DNA of 64,000 nucleotides, taken from the NCBI GenBank assembly GCA_001179505.1, contig CDMY01000718.1, positions 223,383 to 287,382 on the forward strand, read 5' to 3'. Below are positions 23,618 to 37,057 of the stretch, piece after piece; position 1 is the first letter of the stretch; each line of letters begins with the position of its first letter. Source of the DNA: Vitrella brassicaformis CCMP3155 (Eukaryota; Protista; Chromerida). The notes below the pieces were generated by a model. It did no database searches. It saw only the letters and a program-made list of their open reading frames with translations, and was not told where the DNA came from. The translations under genes were made by a program, and so were the position numbers.

Positions 23618-24459
23618 GCCCCAGGTCAGCTGTGAGGCTGCAGGCAGAACAAGCAGGGATTAATTACTCACCTCTAGACTTGTTTGCCGCCATCCCCTAC
23701 GTGGCAATTTTTACGCTCCTGCTCTCTGAGCAGAAATCACATAAAACGAGGTGCATGCGACAGAATACGAGACTCAGTATACTCGGACTTACATCTGCAG
23801 GGCCTCATGTAATCCGTTGGCGCGTTCCCTCTCCAACTGCGTGTTCCCATGGACAATCTCCTTCTACACGAGAGACAGCCAAGCATTAGCAACAGCCATT
23901 AGACCAGCACATGCAGTCCTTCCGCCTGGTGCTTACCTGACCGGTTGGCTGCGTGACTCGCCGGCGATCTGTCAAAGAGAGAAGTCAACCATCCATTCAT
24001 CAATTACTCATACATTTGGTATCTTCCTTACTGGTGGCCTCCCCTGGTGAGCACACGCAGGTACACGTGATCAGAATGCCTTCTCGTGTCCACCCGTTCA
24101 GCAGACGGCTGAGGCCTCGCTCGTGGCACGGTGATAGAGGAAGGAGGGACATAGGACGAGTTGGAAGGCGTGGGAGGGGATGGGGCGGACCACATACGAA
24201 AAATAGCAGGTGAAAAGAAAAAGGAGCGGGAGATCTTGTGGCTGAAACAACGCTGGCATGCCGGGAAATTGTGAAAAGCCGGACGAATTTTTTATCGGTC
24301 CCGTCTCCAATTCTCGCCGCGGGAAGTATTTTCTCGCCCGGGGCCGCGTCCAGTCACGGCGAAAGCACTGCGCGTGGAGCAGAGAGTTCAACTTCAAGTT
24401 CCTCCCCGTGCCAGTGGAGACTGACTCGGAGCCCCCAGGGAGCCCCCCCGCATCGCATC

Positions 24460-26630
24460 ATGATTGTTCCTGTTTCAAAGATGCTGACCACGGAGCTCAC
24501 CGCCGCTCAACCGCAACACGACGTTGAACATGTCATGAAAGTCAGCGCTGAACCAGCAGATCTTCTCAGCGGCGAGGCGCATGTCATTGACCCAGAGAGG
24601 GCACGCGCCACTGGGACCAACGACGTGACCTGCGGCCTGCCTACGGAAACCTACTCAGAAGGGGGGGTTGTCTCTCATGATAACGGAGAAGAAGACGAGA
24701 GAGCGCAGCGCAAAGAGGAGGTGGAGCTCGAAGAAAAGGTGAATGAATTCCGAGCATGTGCGGGAGATGCAGCCTCCTTTCAGGAGTTCCAAACTGACTT
24801 GCGATATGAGGGAGGCTCATTTGTTGGTGCGGTCTTCACTCCTGAGCCGCTTTGGACGACTGTAAGAAGAGTTAGAAAGGTAATCATTCGCACAATGTCG
24901 CAGTCCTTTCAGGTCTATCACTTTCCAGGTACTCTTATTCCACCTAATTGCAGCCGTCGGCTTCGCAGTCTGTTGGGCCCTGGTGTGGCTGGCGTACTGG
25001 TCGGCGTGCGAGAAGATGAGCGCGAGAGCAGCAGGCATAGTCCTTGATGTAACTCGCCGCATCATCGTTGTCCTATGCTCCATGGCTATGATACTACTTG
25101 TGGCTGAGGGCAGCGCAATTGGGGCCGTCCGCCGCTTGAGGACGACCTGGTATTTCTTTGTTCCTGGGTTTGTCCCATACGTGGCTTCTACACTTTTTCA
25201 CCACGTCGAGGCACTGCGGACCAACCATGGACACCAACGCCACAAATATGCCGCGCTCGTGCATTATCCCATCACAGTGCTCGTACCCCTCATGTGAGAG
25301 AAGAATTGTGATAGTAAGCACACATTCGATGTGCCTGTCTTTGTCAGGGTCTTTCGCCAGGTGGCTCAATCGGAGATAATAGTCAGGAAGTGGGCGTATA
25401 TTCTCAAGACATGGGGCGTGTTTGTAGTGGTCACGTGTTTTGCGATCGCCGTACCCCTCTATTTCGTGCCACTTGTTCGGACTGCAACAACAGATCGCGA
25501 GAAGACAGGCGTCGTCTTCACTTGGCTGCTCGTGGTGTCGCCCTTTGTTGCAACCCGTAAGAGATGCTACTCGATCGATGGATACATTCGCATGTTTCTA
25601 TGCGTATTCGGTCTGTGTTTCAGTCACAGGCATCGTTCGTTCTCTGAAGGACGGCCCTGCTCTGCAAAGGTCTCCAGCAATCACGTTTGTAGCGTTCGGC
25701 TTTGCACTCTTCCCACGGTTCGTCCAGGCCGAGATGGAATTTATCGCCTATCAGGTAGGCGGGCACATCGACGCTGTGCTCGCGTCAGATCCATTCCTTG
25801 CCTTTCCTGAATACGTCTCTCCTTATCAGGTTCTGTCGAGCTTGATCTTCGCATCATTCGACTTCGTTACCGACCTAGCCATGCCGTATTTCGTTCTCAT
25901 AGGTGAAGCCGCGAGAAGAAGTCTGGTGCGATTCCTATGCAGGCCGGTACGAGATCGGCACTTCGACACTGTCACTGCTGAGAATACTCAGGAAACGCGC
26001 GATAAGCAGACGCCGGTCATGCTACTCAGCCGCCTGTCTGCGACCATGATGAGTTTCAAGTCGGCCGGTCGCTATTCTATGAGGTCTTTGAGCACGTTTC
26101 TGGACGTTCCCACTCAGGCTGTTCAATTTGGTTATCACCCGATATTCCTACGGCGTCTCAGCGATGTAAGGAAGGAAAGCGACAGACAAGAAAATCCATC
26201 CATACTGCACATTTTTTTGCCTCCACTGCTGCAGCAAATGCATGCCTACAGCTTGATCGAGCTGACAGTGCTCATCTTCAGCAACCTGTTCAACATCACT
26301 CTTCGCCAGATCCTCTTTCCATCCGTCCGTCACCTGCTAGAGAGGCTAGTAGGTCTGGGAATCATGGTGCTGATCGAAGTCTTCTTCGAGGGTGCGCTCT
26401 ACATCTTCCTCGTGCGCTCTGCCAACTTGCCCCTGATTAAGAGCACAACCGAGCCGGGCGTCATCAGGATGCACTTACTGGCACTGGGTATCGGCGGCAC
26501 AGTGTTCATCTTTCGCAATGTGCCAGTCATTGTGCTGCAGCTCTTGACCGCTGCTGATGAGAAGAAGTATCAGTCAGTAAGCACATACGAGTTTTGTCCT
26601 TTTCATTCAAGTATGTTTGAGCTGTCATGA
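24460..26630 (+). CDS. Hypothetical multi-pass membrane protein
   Basis: Long exons with several hydrophobic segments (IIVVLCSMAMILLV; VFVVVTCFAIAVPLYFVPLV; LVGLGIMVLIEVFFEGALYIFLV; LLALGIGGTVFIF). 3' end may extend to ~26950. Confidence 0.65.
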
Positions 26631-27968
26631 CATGTCTGCTTGGACGATTGGTTTGATTTGCGGATGGAGACAGAAACACTTTACGATGCGACATCTCAAT
26701 GCACACCGACAATTGTTGTGTCGTACATGCTCTTTGGGGCGATGGATCGACCAAGACAGGCATGTCTACAGACCAATTATTGACCCTCCTGCAAGGAAGG
26801 TCCAAACCGAAGGTTGGACCTTCGTCTGCTTCCACGCTGCAGACACCAAGAGGAAGCGCACGTGTGACAAGTGACCCGGGCATGGCAGGACTGGGGTTGG
26901 TGGATCGAGGGAGGGATGTCTTCTTGACGAGGGAGGCGCGAAATGAGTGAAGCCAACGAAGTGGCATGGTCCACCGAGAAAGCAGAACTATCTGTGAGTG
27001 GGGTGGGCAGGTTTTGTCTCCAGGGGCTATGTGTCCCCACATTCTCTCCCACTCTCTTGATGACTGTGTTCTGTGTTGGCGCCTTTCAGGTCTAACGAAA
27101 CAAACCACATGCATCCCGACGCATCAAATCAAAAGAAAGCACTGGCAGCCAGTCAGCCCCATTAACGCTGTCCGTCGTGGGCCTGTCTCTGTAGTAGAGA
27201 GTGATGTCTGCCAGAGACATGTCCCCCCTCTGCCAGTGGAGAGAGAGCCGACATGCAATGTGCGTCATGCCAGAGTGATGCTAGAGATGCCAAGAGGCAA
27301 TTGCCAACATGCCTTACATGCCTTACATACATCCTGGCATGACGGCGTTGGAGGCGATGAGGCCACAGAGGGCCACCACAAACAGACAAGCCTTGGACAT
27401 TATTGGATAGCACCGCTTTTTCTGCTGGCCAGGAAAACGCCCCCAGAAGCCCACACCCCTCGCATCCTTTTTCCGGCTCCCTCTTTCTTGTGCGATGTCC
27501 AACCAACCCCTGCAGGAAGGCGAAGTCTCGCCATATGGATCAGGTGACCTGTGGAATCATTTGGAGTGGTAGTCATTCTGCTGAGCAGTCTGCGTCTTCC
27601 TCTCCGTCTCGATGTGCAGTGATGCGTGGCCCGAGCCGCAGGGCGGCTTTCTGGGGCCCTGAGCCTGATTATGACGCCTGGAGTGGCCGCTTCTCTGACA
27701 GGGTATTCGCGTAAGGCCTTCCATGGTTCGCCCCTACACCTCGATCTCTTCTCTGTCCTTTCTTCGTGCTGTACAGGTGTTTGAGCCATCCCCTCTCCTG
27801 TCTAGCGGGTGCGGCGGTTTTTTGCCTCGAGGTCCCCTGTCTCTTCAAGGCTTTTGTGCTCCACAAGAGCCGCGCCTTCCACGGCCGTGTTTCCTCGCCA
27901 TTCTCGCGGTGGTGACCATCCTGCAAATCGGGATCTTTTTTGCAGTGGTTATCGCGTAGGCACTCAAC

Positions 27969-29160
27969 ATGGCCCAACGGCTCACGTCAGCATGTGCTTT
28001 TCAATATGTGCACACAGGACGGCCACGCACATGACGCAGTCATACCCCAAATGCCTGGGGAAGCTGCTGGCGCACAACCCCACCCCTACCATCGTCGTTA
28101 ACTACCCCATCACCGCATCGACACCTGAGATGCTCCAATGCGAAGTGGACAAGAAGGGCGTGGACGCAACGGAGGACGAAAACTACTGCAAGCACTGGTA
28201 CGTGCATGCCAATCTGGCCTTCGACGGGCAGAAACCGATAGATGTCTATGTCTCTCTCTGTGTGTCTCTGCCTGTGCGTGTCTCCCTCCGTCTGTCTCCA
28301 CGTGTGATTGTGGGTGTCTCTCGCTGCGTGGCCACTTTCCTGTCTGTCTGCCTCTCTCATACGCAGGAGCTTCCAGGTGCTGAAGGGTCAGAAGCGGGTG
28401 GCGAACGTGACAGGCACCGGAGAGGCAGAGGTGCCCCACCAAGTGGCCGTCTCCAGAATGGACGATCTTTTTGTCTACATGATGGGCGTCATGGTAACGA
28501 AGGGCGAGAATGCGCCCATTAATGACTTGCTGTCTCTCCGCGATATGTGCATCCATGCAGTTCGACGAGTACAAGGCACTGGAGTGGGCGCTTGGCAACG
28601 GTCGAGTGTACACGGGCGAAAGTTGGAAGAAGCCATTTCACAAGCTCGAACCCCTTACTTCGATTCTGAAGTCTTCGAAAAACCGAGCAGGAGTCGACTC
28701 AGCCGCCGTCTGCAAGCAGGAGGTTGCCAAACTGCAAAAGGTACGTACGCTACGGGACAGCGACGCCGGAGAGCTGTTTCCGGGCTGTGTTGGATATCAG
28801 GACAGCATGATGACTACATACTTGGTGCTGTTGCTTCTGTGTCTACCTTTGACAATGATCCTCCACGTGGTCGTCGCCCTATTCTTCAGGTGATTCGTCA
28901 GCCTAACAAAGCCACAAGGAGACACATCAGTGAGGCCTGTGTGTGTGTGTCTCCCAGGAAGGCATTCCGGTACGCAGGCAGCCCGACGGCAGAGAGCCTG
29001 ACCGAGATCGACACGTCTCGTCACCGCTGTGTGGTGATTGTTGATTGATTGATTGCAGTCGGGCGTATTCGATGAAGGAGAACTGCTGCGAGGACACCTT
29101 GCTTGTGTGCGCCTGCTACCCATGCACCATCTGCCAGGAGCTGAGACACACCATGGTACC
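27969..29160 (+). CDS. Hypothetical spliced protein
   Basis: Protein-like exon segments (SYPKCLGKLLAHNPTPTIVVNYP...YCKHWYVHANLAFDG; FDEYKALEWALGNGRVYTGESWKKPF) with GT-AG sites. Exon chain not fully resolved. Confidence 0.45.
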
Positions 29161-29880
29161 TGCATGACATTGAGCGAATGAATGTAGTGCAGCCACAATC
29201 TGCAGACGACTGTCCTTTGTGCGTGGGTCTGTGTGTGTGTGTGCGCGCGCGCGTGTGTTCAGCGTTCCCAAAATGAGCTGAACGACATGGATCCCATCAA
29301 TCCCTAAGAATTGGCAAGACAGACACTAGGAGGACTATGCATTCGTCTGTGTAACATTTGGGAACTGAGTGGAAGGAGGATTGTCAAACGCTCGGGCAAA
29401 ACACGATACTTGAGGTGAAAGTGTGCCGTGTCTGTACATCCACATCCATGAAACGCACACATCACGTGTGCGAGGTGTCCTCACCCGACCCAATGCAAGG
29501 CAAAAAGCGGTGCACGTCTGTCCCTCCCACCGAGACGCTGTATTACCTGACTAAAGGATGCACGAAAGACAGGACCGGTCTCCCTATCCTACGGGTGCTG
29601 TGGGTATGATGAAGCGATTCATACTATCGAGGTGCCAGCTCAACAAGGGCACACATGCAGTGGGGCGGGGCGTAGCTGGGCGTACACGAAAAAGAGCAAC
29701 AAACGAGTAGGCGGCAAAATGCAGTCAGTGATCATTATACACCAGGGTATGCACAGAGGCCCTCACGGGCCCTCCCTTGCTGTCCGCTACGCACTAGAGG
29801 AAAGTCGTGAGCGACAAACATGAAAACTGCCCCTCACCCCCAGTGGAAAAACTCGCAGTAATACATGAAATGCCCTGCTC

Positions 29881-30697
29881 TCACGGCTCGGGCTGCACCT
29901 CCCTCACTTCATCGGCAGTCAGCGGCTCTTCCTCCGTGTTGCGGTCCAGCAGTGAGTCCAGGATGCTCGTCAGGGTCTCTCCAGCCTGAGAGCCTTGGTC
30001 GTCGCCGCCGCCCTCGCTGTCGCTGTCCTCGGTGTTGCTAGTGGTGTCGTCGACCGGCTCGTCGATGCGCTCCACACACATGCCTGGGCGGACACACACC
30101 TCACCCTCGATGCAACCCTCCCCGCTGCACCCAGTCGTGACTCTGCGGCAGGCGCAAGAGTCGCCCATAGGCAGGAAGGGAATGCGCATCGCCGTCCGCG
30201 TACACACCTCATCTGAAACACACACCGCAGCAGCAGCACGTCCCAATCTCTGCAGGTCTATGTGTTTGGGTCATCCATTGCCTCTCTGACCTTCAGCACA
30301 ACCGCCTTCGCAGCCCTCGTCAAACTCAGGGTCGCACACCTCCCTGCAGACGTTGCTGGATATGCCGAACATGTTGAAGAACTGCAATTTGAGCACACAA
30401 ACAACGACGACAGATGTGGCGATATGGATTTGGACACATTGGTCAGCCCACAGCTTCGCTCACTGAAGTGCAGACGGCCGCAGTCCCATCACAGGTGCAC
30501 ACGGGGCTCTCCTCAACGCACGTGCCCTGTGTGCGGTCTCTGACGAGGTTGGCGCACACGCGGCCCTCGTCGCAGTCGGCTGTCGAGCGGCAGGTGACGG
30601 ATGCGCCAAGATCTTGAGCGGCAACGAAGAGGGGAACGGCGAGGCAGACGGCGATGAAAACAAAGCGAGCGAATGTCATCTTGGCGATGAATGACAA
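29881..30697 (-). CDS. Secreted cysteine-rich protein with acidic tail
   Basis: Signal peptide (FARFVFIAVCLAVPLFVAA-Q) and three exons carrying Cys modules (CRSTADCDEGRVC...CTC; CREVCDPEFDEGCEGGC; CTR...CACRRVTTGCSGEGCIEGEVC). Stop 29881. Confidence 0.7.
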
Positions 30698-30858
30698 CAG
30701 TGGAGGCTCCTGAACGCTCCTCTTTTTCCAAACACTGGGGAAAGAAACGCGAGCCGGAATCAGACGGCGAGCTTAGCCGAAGTGAACCATAAGTTGAGAG
30801 CAGGACCAGAGATGCATTCATGACGGCTTGGTCCCCTCTGTGCCCCTGATCTATCAAA

Positions 30859-32980
30859 ATGTTTTGGTTTCTCGTCGGTCTTGTCCTTCTCTATCTGCCG
30901 ATGGGCATCGGGGCTGTGCTGTGGGTGCAGTCGAGCTACAAGCTGGGGCAGAAGCTGAGCTACAAGGAGCTGACGTCAGAGCAGCGGGAGCGCTATCGTG
31001 CTTTTGAGCGCTTCGACCTGCACAAGTGGAATTACACAGCCTTTCTGCTCGGAGGCTTCTTTTTGGTCAGATCTCACACACGCACACACACACCTCTGCA
31101 GGCACAGACGAGCATGAGTCTTCCCGATGAGATCTCTGCTTGTTTGGTTTTCAGATGCCGCTGCGCGCTGTCCTGTGCATTGTGATTACGTCGACTGCTG
31201 CCGTTCTCTTCTGTAGGTCACCGGCTATAAAATGTGCGACCAAAGATGCCCTTCGTGTGTGTGCGTGCAGGGTGCGTGGCGACGTTTTTTCGGAGGCGCG
31301 ATGCGTCAAAGGAGTCGTGTGACGAGGGCATCAGCCCACTCACACCATTGGGCAGGTCAGCAGTGGATGGGGCAACACACCAGCAGCACAATGGATGAGC
31401 CGCCTGTTTGTCTGTCTGTATGTGTGTTGATGTCAGCTGTCTGCTTCGTTGGCTTAGCTACACCTTCCCACGGATGCTGCTCTGGAGCATGGGTAAGCAC
31501 CGAACGGCGAGAGGTCCTGTGTGGTGTGGTTGTGAGATGGGCGTCTTGTCTTGCTGCGTCAATCAATCAGGTGTGGTGTGGATTCGCGAGTACGAATGGG
31601 ACTCCAAGATCGGCAAAGCCGCCCCCCTCCCCCCCTTCTCTCTCCAGCAATGGTCCGGCCGGCGGGGCCGCAACGCAACGGTCGTCGCCAACCATGTGGC
31701 CATGACGGTGGGGGCGACGCTCCGCTTGGTGACCACACCGGGCCATCTGTGTGTGTGTGTGTGTGTGTGTGTGTGCATCCATCTGCCCCCTCCCTCTCTC
31801 TCTGTGTGTGTGTGTGTCTGTGTGTGTGGTAGAGCAGGATATTTTGGTCTTTATGGTGACCTGCGCAGCATCGTTCGTCTCGAAGGTGAACAATGCACAC
31901 ACAATATTATTTATGCGACCACAGACGGAGAAGCCATTCATTTCTTTGCCTGCCTGTGTGTGTGTGTGTGTGTGTGTCTCTGGTTCTGCAGGATGTGATT
32001 CGCGGCTGGCCGTGTGTGGGCGTCATTGCCGAGAGCATCGGGACTGTTTTTGTCGATAGGGAAACAGAGGAGGCGCGGTGGGTGGCTGTCGGCTCAGACG
32101 GTGGGATCGCCATTCTGCATCTGTGTGTGTGTGTGTGTGTGTGTGTGTGGTGAGTCTGCAGGAAGTCTGCAGCCGATCGCGTGACGGCTCGCCAGGTGGC
32201 TCTGGCGGAGGGCAAGGCCGACCATCCCCTCTGCATCTTTGCCGAAGGTGCGCGCAGGCCACTCTCCACACACACTGACTGCAGCGAGACACCCGCCGGC
32301 ACGAATCTGTGTCTTGTGTTCGTAGGGACTACCACCAATGGGCGTCATGTGATTCCCTTCAAGACGGGCGGCTTCAGGGCACTCACACCCGTGCAGCCGG
32401 CAGGTTAGCCACAGTAACGTGACACGGCACACACGCATCCCTGACAAGAGATGCTGTCGTCTTCCTTTTCCCTCTGTGTGTTGACAGTGATGGTGTATCA
32501 GTTCCATTGGTTCAATCCGTCCGTCGAGATCGTGCCGGAAGAGTACTACTTCCCGCTGCTGCTGTCCCAGCCATACTACATTCTCCACCTGTATTGGCTG
32601 CCGCCTATGCAGCCCAGTCCACCAACGATCCCGCCAACATCTTCCCTCCCAGCCGACCAACAGAGGGAGGAGCGCGTCAACCGATTTGCGAACGAGGTGC
32701 GTGTGGCATGACACCACGCACAGAAAGCAGCCTTGGTGCATGTTCTGCCTGTGTGTGTCGGTGGGTGTCAGGTGCGCCAGCGGATATCAGAAGTGCTTGT
32801 GAAGGTCCATCCCAACCCGCCAAAGTAAGTGGGTCAATGCGTCAACGAGGCGAATGCGGCCATGCATTGTGGTGATGTGTTTGTGCGTGTAGGGGTTTGA
32901 AGCTGCCTGATGAGTGGCACGGCAGCTTTCGCGACAAGGCAGAGGTCTACAACATGCTGCTCCACATGGAGCGGCACTGA
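30859..32980 (+). CDS. Lysophospholipid acyltransferase (PlsC/LPCAT family)
   Basis: N-terminal TM; VVANHV..QDILVF; FVSK; GTVFVDRE; LCIFAEG|TTTNG..VIPFKTGGF..PVQP acyltransferase motifs I-IV. Stop TGA 32978-32980. Confidence 0.88.
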
Positions 32981-33344
32981 CCGACCGACACAGACACGGA
33001 TACCTGCCTGCTCTTTTTCTCATTTTTTTCGTTGATCGGTGTCGTCGTTGCTGCCGTACATACGTACGTCCTAATGGTGGCCAGCCACTCGCAGATCAGT
33101 GGCTTGTGGACAGACAGCCAGACAGCCAGACAGACACGATTTATGGGTCATGCACTCGGTGGGAATGTCAGCGACACTGATTGATGCATCCAATGGGAAG
33201 CCCATCACGCGCAAAAGGCAAGTCATGAAACACGAAAGAGACTCGCTCGCAGAGAGGGCAATCAAAACAAAAGGAGGTGTGGAAGCAGACCAATGCACCG
33301 AGAGCTGCTGCAGCCGCTTCGTGTGGGCGTGCGGAAGGGGCTAG

Positions 33345-35550
33345 TTAGTTGTAGACCATGTACTTTGGCGTGGCGGAGAACTTGGAGTAGCCCTTAATCA
33401 CCTTGTTGATCGCCTCGATCAGGTCCTTCTCGCTGATGCTCTGCACACACACGAACAACACACACACACACGTCAGCACGGCTTTTGTTTGCCGCACCAG
33501 CTGGCCCCCCTGCCTGTCAGTCATACCTTTCTTCTCGCTCGGATGGCAAACATGCCCGCCTCCGTGCACACACTGCGGATGTCAGCGCCTGAACTCACAC
33601 ACGCTCACGATGCGCGCGCAGTCTTCTCGCCGATATTCCCTCTCTCACCGGTAGTGTTTGGGCAGAGTCTGGCGAGCAGCTCGAACCGTATGTCCCTGTC
33701 CATGTTCATGACCTTGGCGTGGATCTGGAAGATCTGAGTGCGGCCCTGATCAGAATAACACACACACATACACACATACGTGCGGCTGTGGGTGTGTGTT
33801 GTGGTTATGTGTTTGTGTGACCTCGAGGTCGGGGAGGTTGAATTCGATTTTGCGGTCGAGTCGGCCTGGCCTGGTGAGTGCTGGGTCGAGTGTGTCGGGC
33901 CTGTTGGTGGCCATGAGCACCTTGATGTTGCCGCGAGCATCGAACCCGTCCAACTGATTCACGATCTCTGACAGACAGATGGACAGAAACATGCACACAC
34001 GAGTCGTCGTTGGTGGGCGGAGCATGGGTGCTGATTTCTTGTCTGTCTGACCGAGCATGGTCCTCTGCACTTCGTTGTCGCCCGTCGCATCGTCACCTCG
34101 GCTGCCTGAAGACACACACACACACACCCAAAGCGCCATATCTCAACCACACGTGTGCGTGTGTGGGCGTATGCGTGTGTGTGGTGTGTTCACTTACCTC
34201 CGATGGCATCGACTTCGTCAATGAACAGGATGCACGCCTTCTTGGAGCGGGCCATCTGGAACAGCTCACGCACCATACGCGCACCCTCACCCACATACCT
34301 GCAGACACACCGACATAACGACATGACGCCAACACAGAGCCATCCATGATGCATGGTCTTTCTCTTGAGCACTTTTGGACGAGCTCCGATCCGATGACGC
34401 AGATGAAGCAGGCGTCGGTGCGGTTGGCCACTGCACGAGCCGTCAGGGTCTTGCCCGTCCCCGGCGGTCCGTACAGCAGCACTCCCTTTGGCGGGTCGAT
34501 ACCCAAGGTGACAAAACGCTCCGGCTGAATGAGAACGCAACACGCGGTCGGTTCATGTGCCATAATGGGGTTCATTCCCTTGCCCACCTGCAGCAGTGGC
34601 ATTTCGACGACCTCCCTGAGTCGGTCGAGCTGCTCCTTGCACCCACCGATGTCGTTGTACGTGATGTCGGGTTTCTGAACACCCAGACGCCAGGCACACA
34701 AGCCAACGAATTGGGTTGTTCTCTCTCTCCCTCTTTGCTGTGTCTGTGTGACTAATTCTGACCTCCTCGACAGTCATCATGGTGACGGATGGGTCGATCT
34801 TGGGCGGAAGCGGCAGGTGGATCTGGTACTTCTGGCGGTCAACACTGAGCGCACAAAGCAGCGGTCACAACACGACAGTTGGTTGGTCGGTGGGTTGCAT
34901 ACCCGACTCTCATGCCCTCCTCGATGTCCGTGGGCGCCACCTTGTCACTCAAACCCTACAGAACAGACACATACGCACACCACGCACACACTCGGATGGA
35001 ACTCTCTGGTCAGGTCAGGCATCTTCCCTCCCGTCCTTACCGACACATATTTGGCGTATTGTCTGATGTTGATGATGTACTTGGCCTCCTCGGTGCCGGG
35101 GTTGATGATCTTGGTGCACCTGGCCACCTGCAGCGGCTGCTCCTCCTGCTGCATCTGCTTGTCGGCAGCAAGGTCCCACTGGCTCGGCTGGGCCAAACCA
35201 GTGTCCGACTCCCGGACTCCTGAACGACCAAACACAACAAGACAGCGTCCGGCAGCTGGTGTGTTTGGTGTGTCGGTCGGCAAGCGGCCGCTGTACCTGT
35301 GAGCTTGTTGATCTTCCCGACGAGGTCCGTGAGCTCCTTGTCCATGGACTTGACTTTGTCGGCATATGGTCCCAGCCCCTGTCACACGCAACACACCGTG
35401 CAGCAGCACAGGGCAGCGAATAGACACAGCAGGAGGCAGCTGTTGCCTGTCATCTCTCCTGCGTACGTATGTTTTGAGAATGGAGATGTCGGCGTCATCG
35501 AGGGGCTTGGTATCGGGCTCCTCCGGCTCATCGAGAGGCTTACTCGGCAT
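33345..35550 (-). CDS. PSMC2: 26S proteasome AAA-ATPase subunit RPT1 (regulatory subunit 7)
   Basis: [62 protein letters not shown]|[31 protein letters not shown]. Confidence 0.97.
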
Positions 35551-36024
35551 CTTCTCTTGATTGTTCGTTCGTTACTCTGCTTCCGCGAAAAAGCTCGCAC
35601 GGCCCGTCTCGTAAAAAGGGCCATTACTTTCCCCTCACATCACGCTGAGTCCGCAGGCCAACAAGAAGTCGGCAGACATTGTTCGTAAGGATGGAGTGCC
35701 GCTGCATGAGGAAGAACTGCTGCTGGTGACGTTCTTTGTGAGTTGCATGGGGGCTGAGGCAAGACCACCAGGAAGGAGACGGTGACCAAACAGGCAGAGG
35801 AGTTCTGCCGTCGTCTCCCGACAACGTTCGACAACCAGCACAGGGGATGAGCCGATTTTGAGAAGAAGACGCACACCTACGCAGGTTGCGCACCACTCGC
35901 CATTCGTGCGACGTGTGAATGCTGTTGTCGCAACCTGCGGACTGTGGCGCCGTGTTAGGGTACGCCGTGTGAATGCTGTTGAGGAGGCCGTCGCATCGGG
36001 AGGTGCGTGAGCTGATGCACGATA

Positions 36025-37057
36025 ATGGCTCCACTTTGTGGAAATGAATCGGTTCGAGCGGTTCGCGAGGAGCTGGAAGAGGCCAAGGAAAACCGAACAA
36101 GCTGCCTGAGTAAGGACATCAGTCAGGCACACACGCAGGCAAACAATCCCTTACCCCTGTGTGGTGTGGTGCTGGCAGTCTCGTTGTTTGTTTGTGCAAT
36201 CTCACCGAGGCCGAGAAGGAAGAATCCCAGATGCAGCAGGGCGATCAGCATCCCCCACCACCCCCTCCAGTGCCCACAGCAGACGACGCCAGACAGGCTG
36301 AGAGGGAGACGGAGGACCTCCGCGCGGCCAAAGAGCCGCCGACAGATGGCGGCCACGACAATGTCCGCTCACGGGCGGAGCAAGTGCAGAAATATTGATA
36401 TGGAGAGAGAGCGGCGTGCATGTGTGTGTGTGTGTATGTGAAGGATGCCCGTGTCTCAGGCACGAGAAGGCGTTGAAGGCCGTCGCCGCGAGTTGAAGAG
36501 CAAGCTCGCCGCACAGGACGCACTCATCAAAAAACACAACGAGGTACGCACACAGACGCGCACCCGTACTCATGTGTGTGTCTTAGAAGCGTGGACAGAA
36601 TCAGAAGGAGCTGACCTTCGCACGCGTGTAAAGGCACAGATGCGAACGCCTGAGGCGCAGGTCACGCTGTGACACACATTACACACATTACACACACACA
36701 CACACACAATCCATCCCTTTGTCAGGGAGGCCAGAGAACAGGCCGACCAAAAAGCCGCAGAGGTATCATGACGCAAGCGCTGACAACAATGTTTATGTGC
36801 ATCCATGTGTGTTGTCTCTCGCTACGAGCAGCCACTCGAGCGGCGGCGAAGGAAAACCGAGGAACAAAAGAAGGCCGCTGACGAGGTGTGCTATCAGACA
36901 CATACAAAGAGAAAGTCGAAAGTGTATCCACCCCGCTCTCTGTGTGCACCAAGAAGCTAACAAGGCCAAGAAGTTAGAGCACAAGGGAGCGCAGAGGGCA
37001 AGCACGACGGATTCTTTCACCGGTAATTTGTGCTCTAACTTCTTGGCCTTGGATTAG
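36025..37057 (+). CDS. Hypothetical charged/coiled-coil protein
   Basis: E/K/R-rich exon-like segments (VREELEEAKEN; RRELKSKLAAQDALIKKHNE). Exon phases unresolved. Confidence 0.4.
36961..37051. repeat. Perfect 24-bp inverted repeat with 43-nt spacer
   Basis: caaggccaagaagttagagcacaa (36961-36984) and ttgtgctctaacttcttggccttg (37028-37051). Confidence 0.95.

Noticed and set aside
26700-27960. Overlapping ORFs on both strands
   Set aside because: No consistent exon chain or recognisable motif; left unannotated.
35880-35981. 11-bp inverted repeat and 16-bp direct repeat upstream of PSMC2
   Set aside because: Short enough to arise by chance or local slippage; no supporting context.
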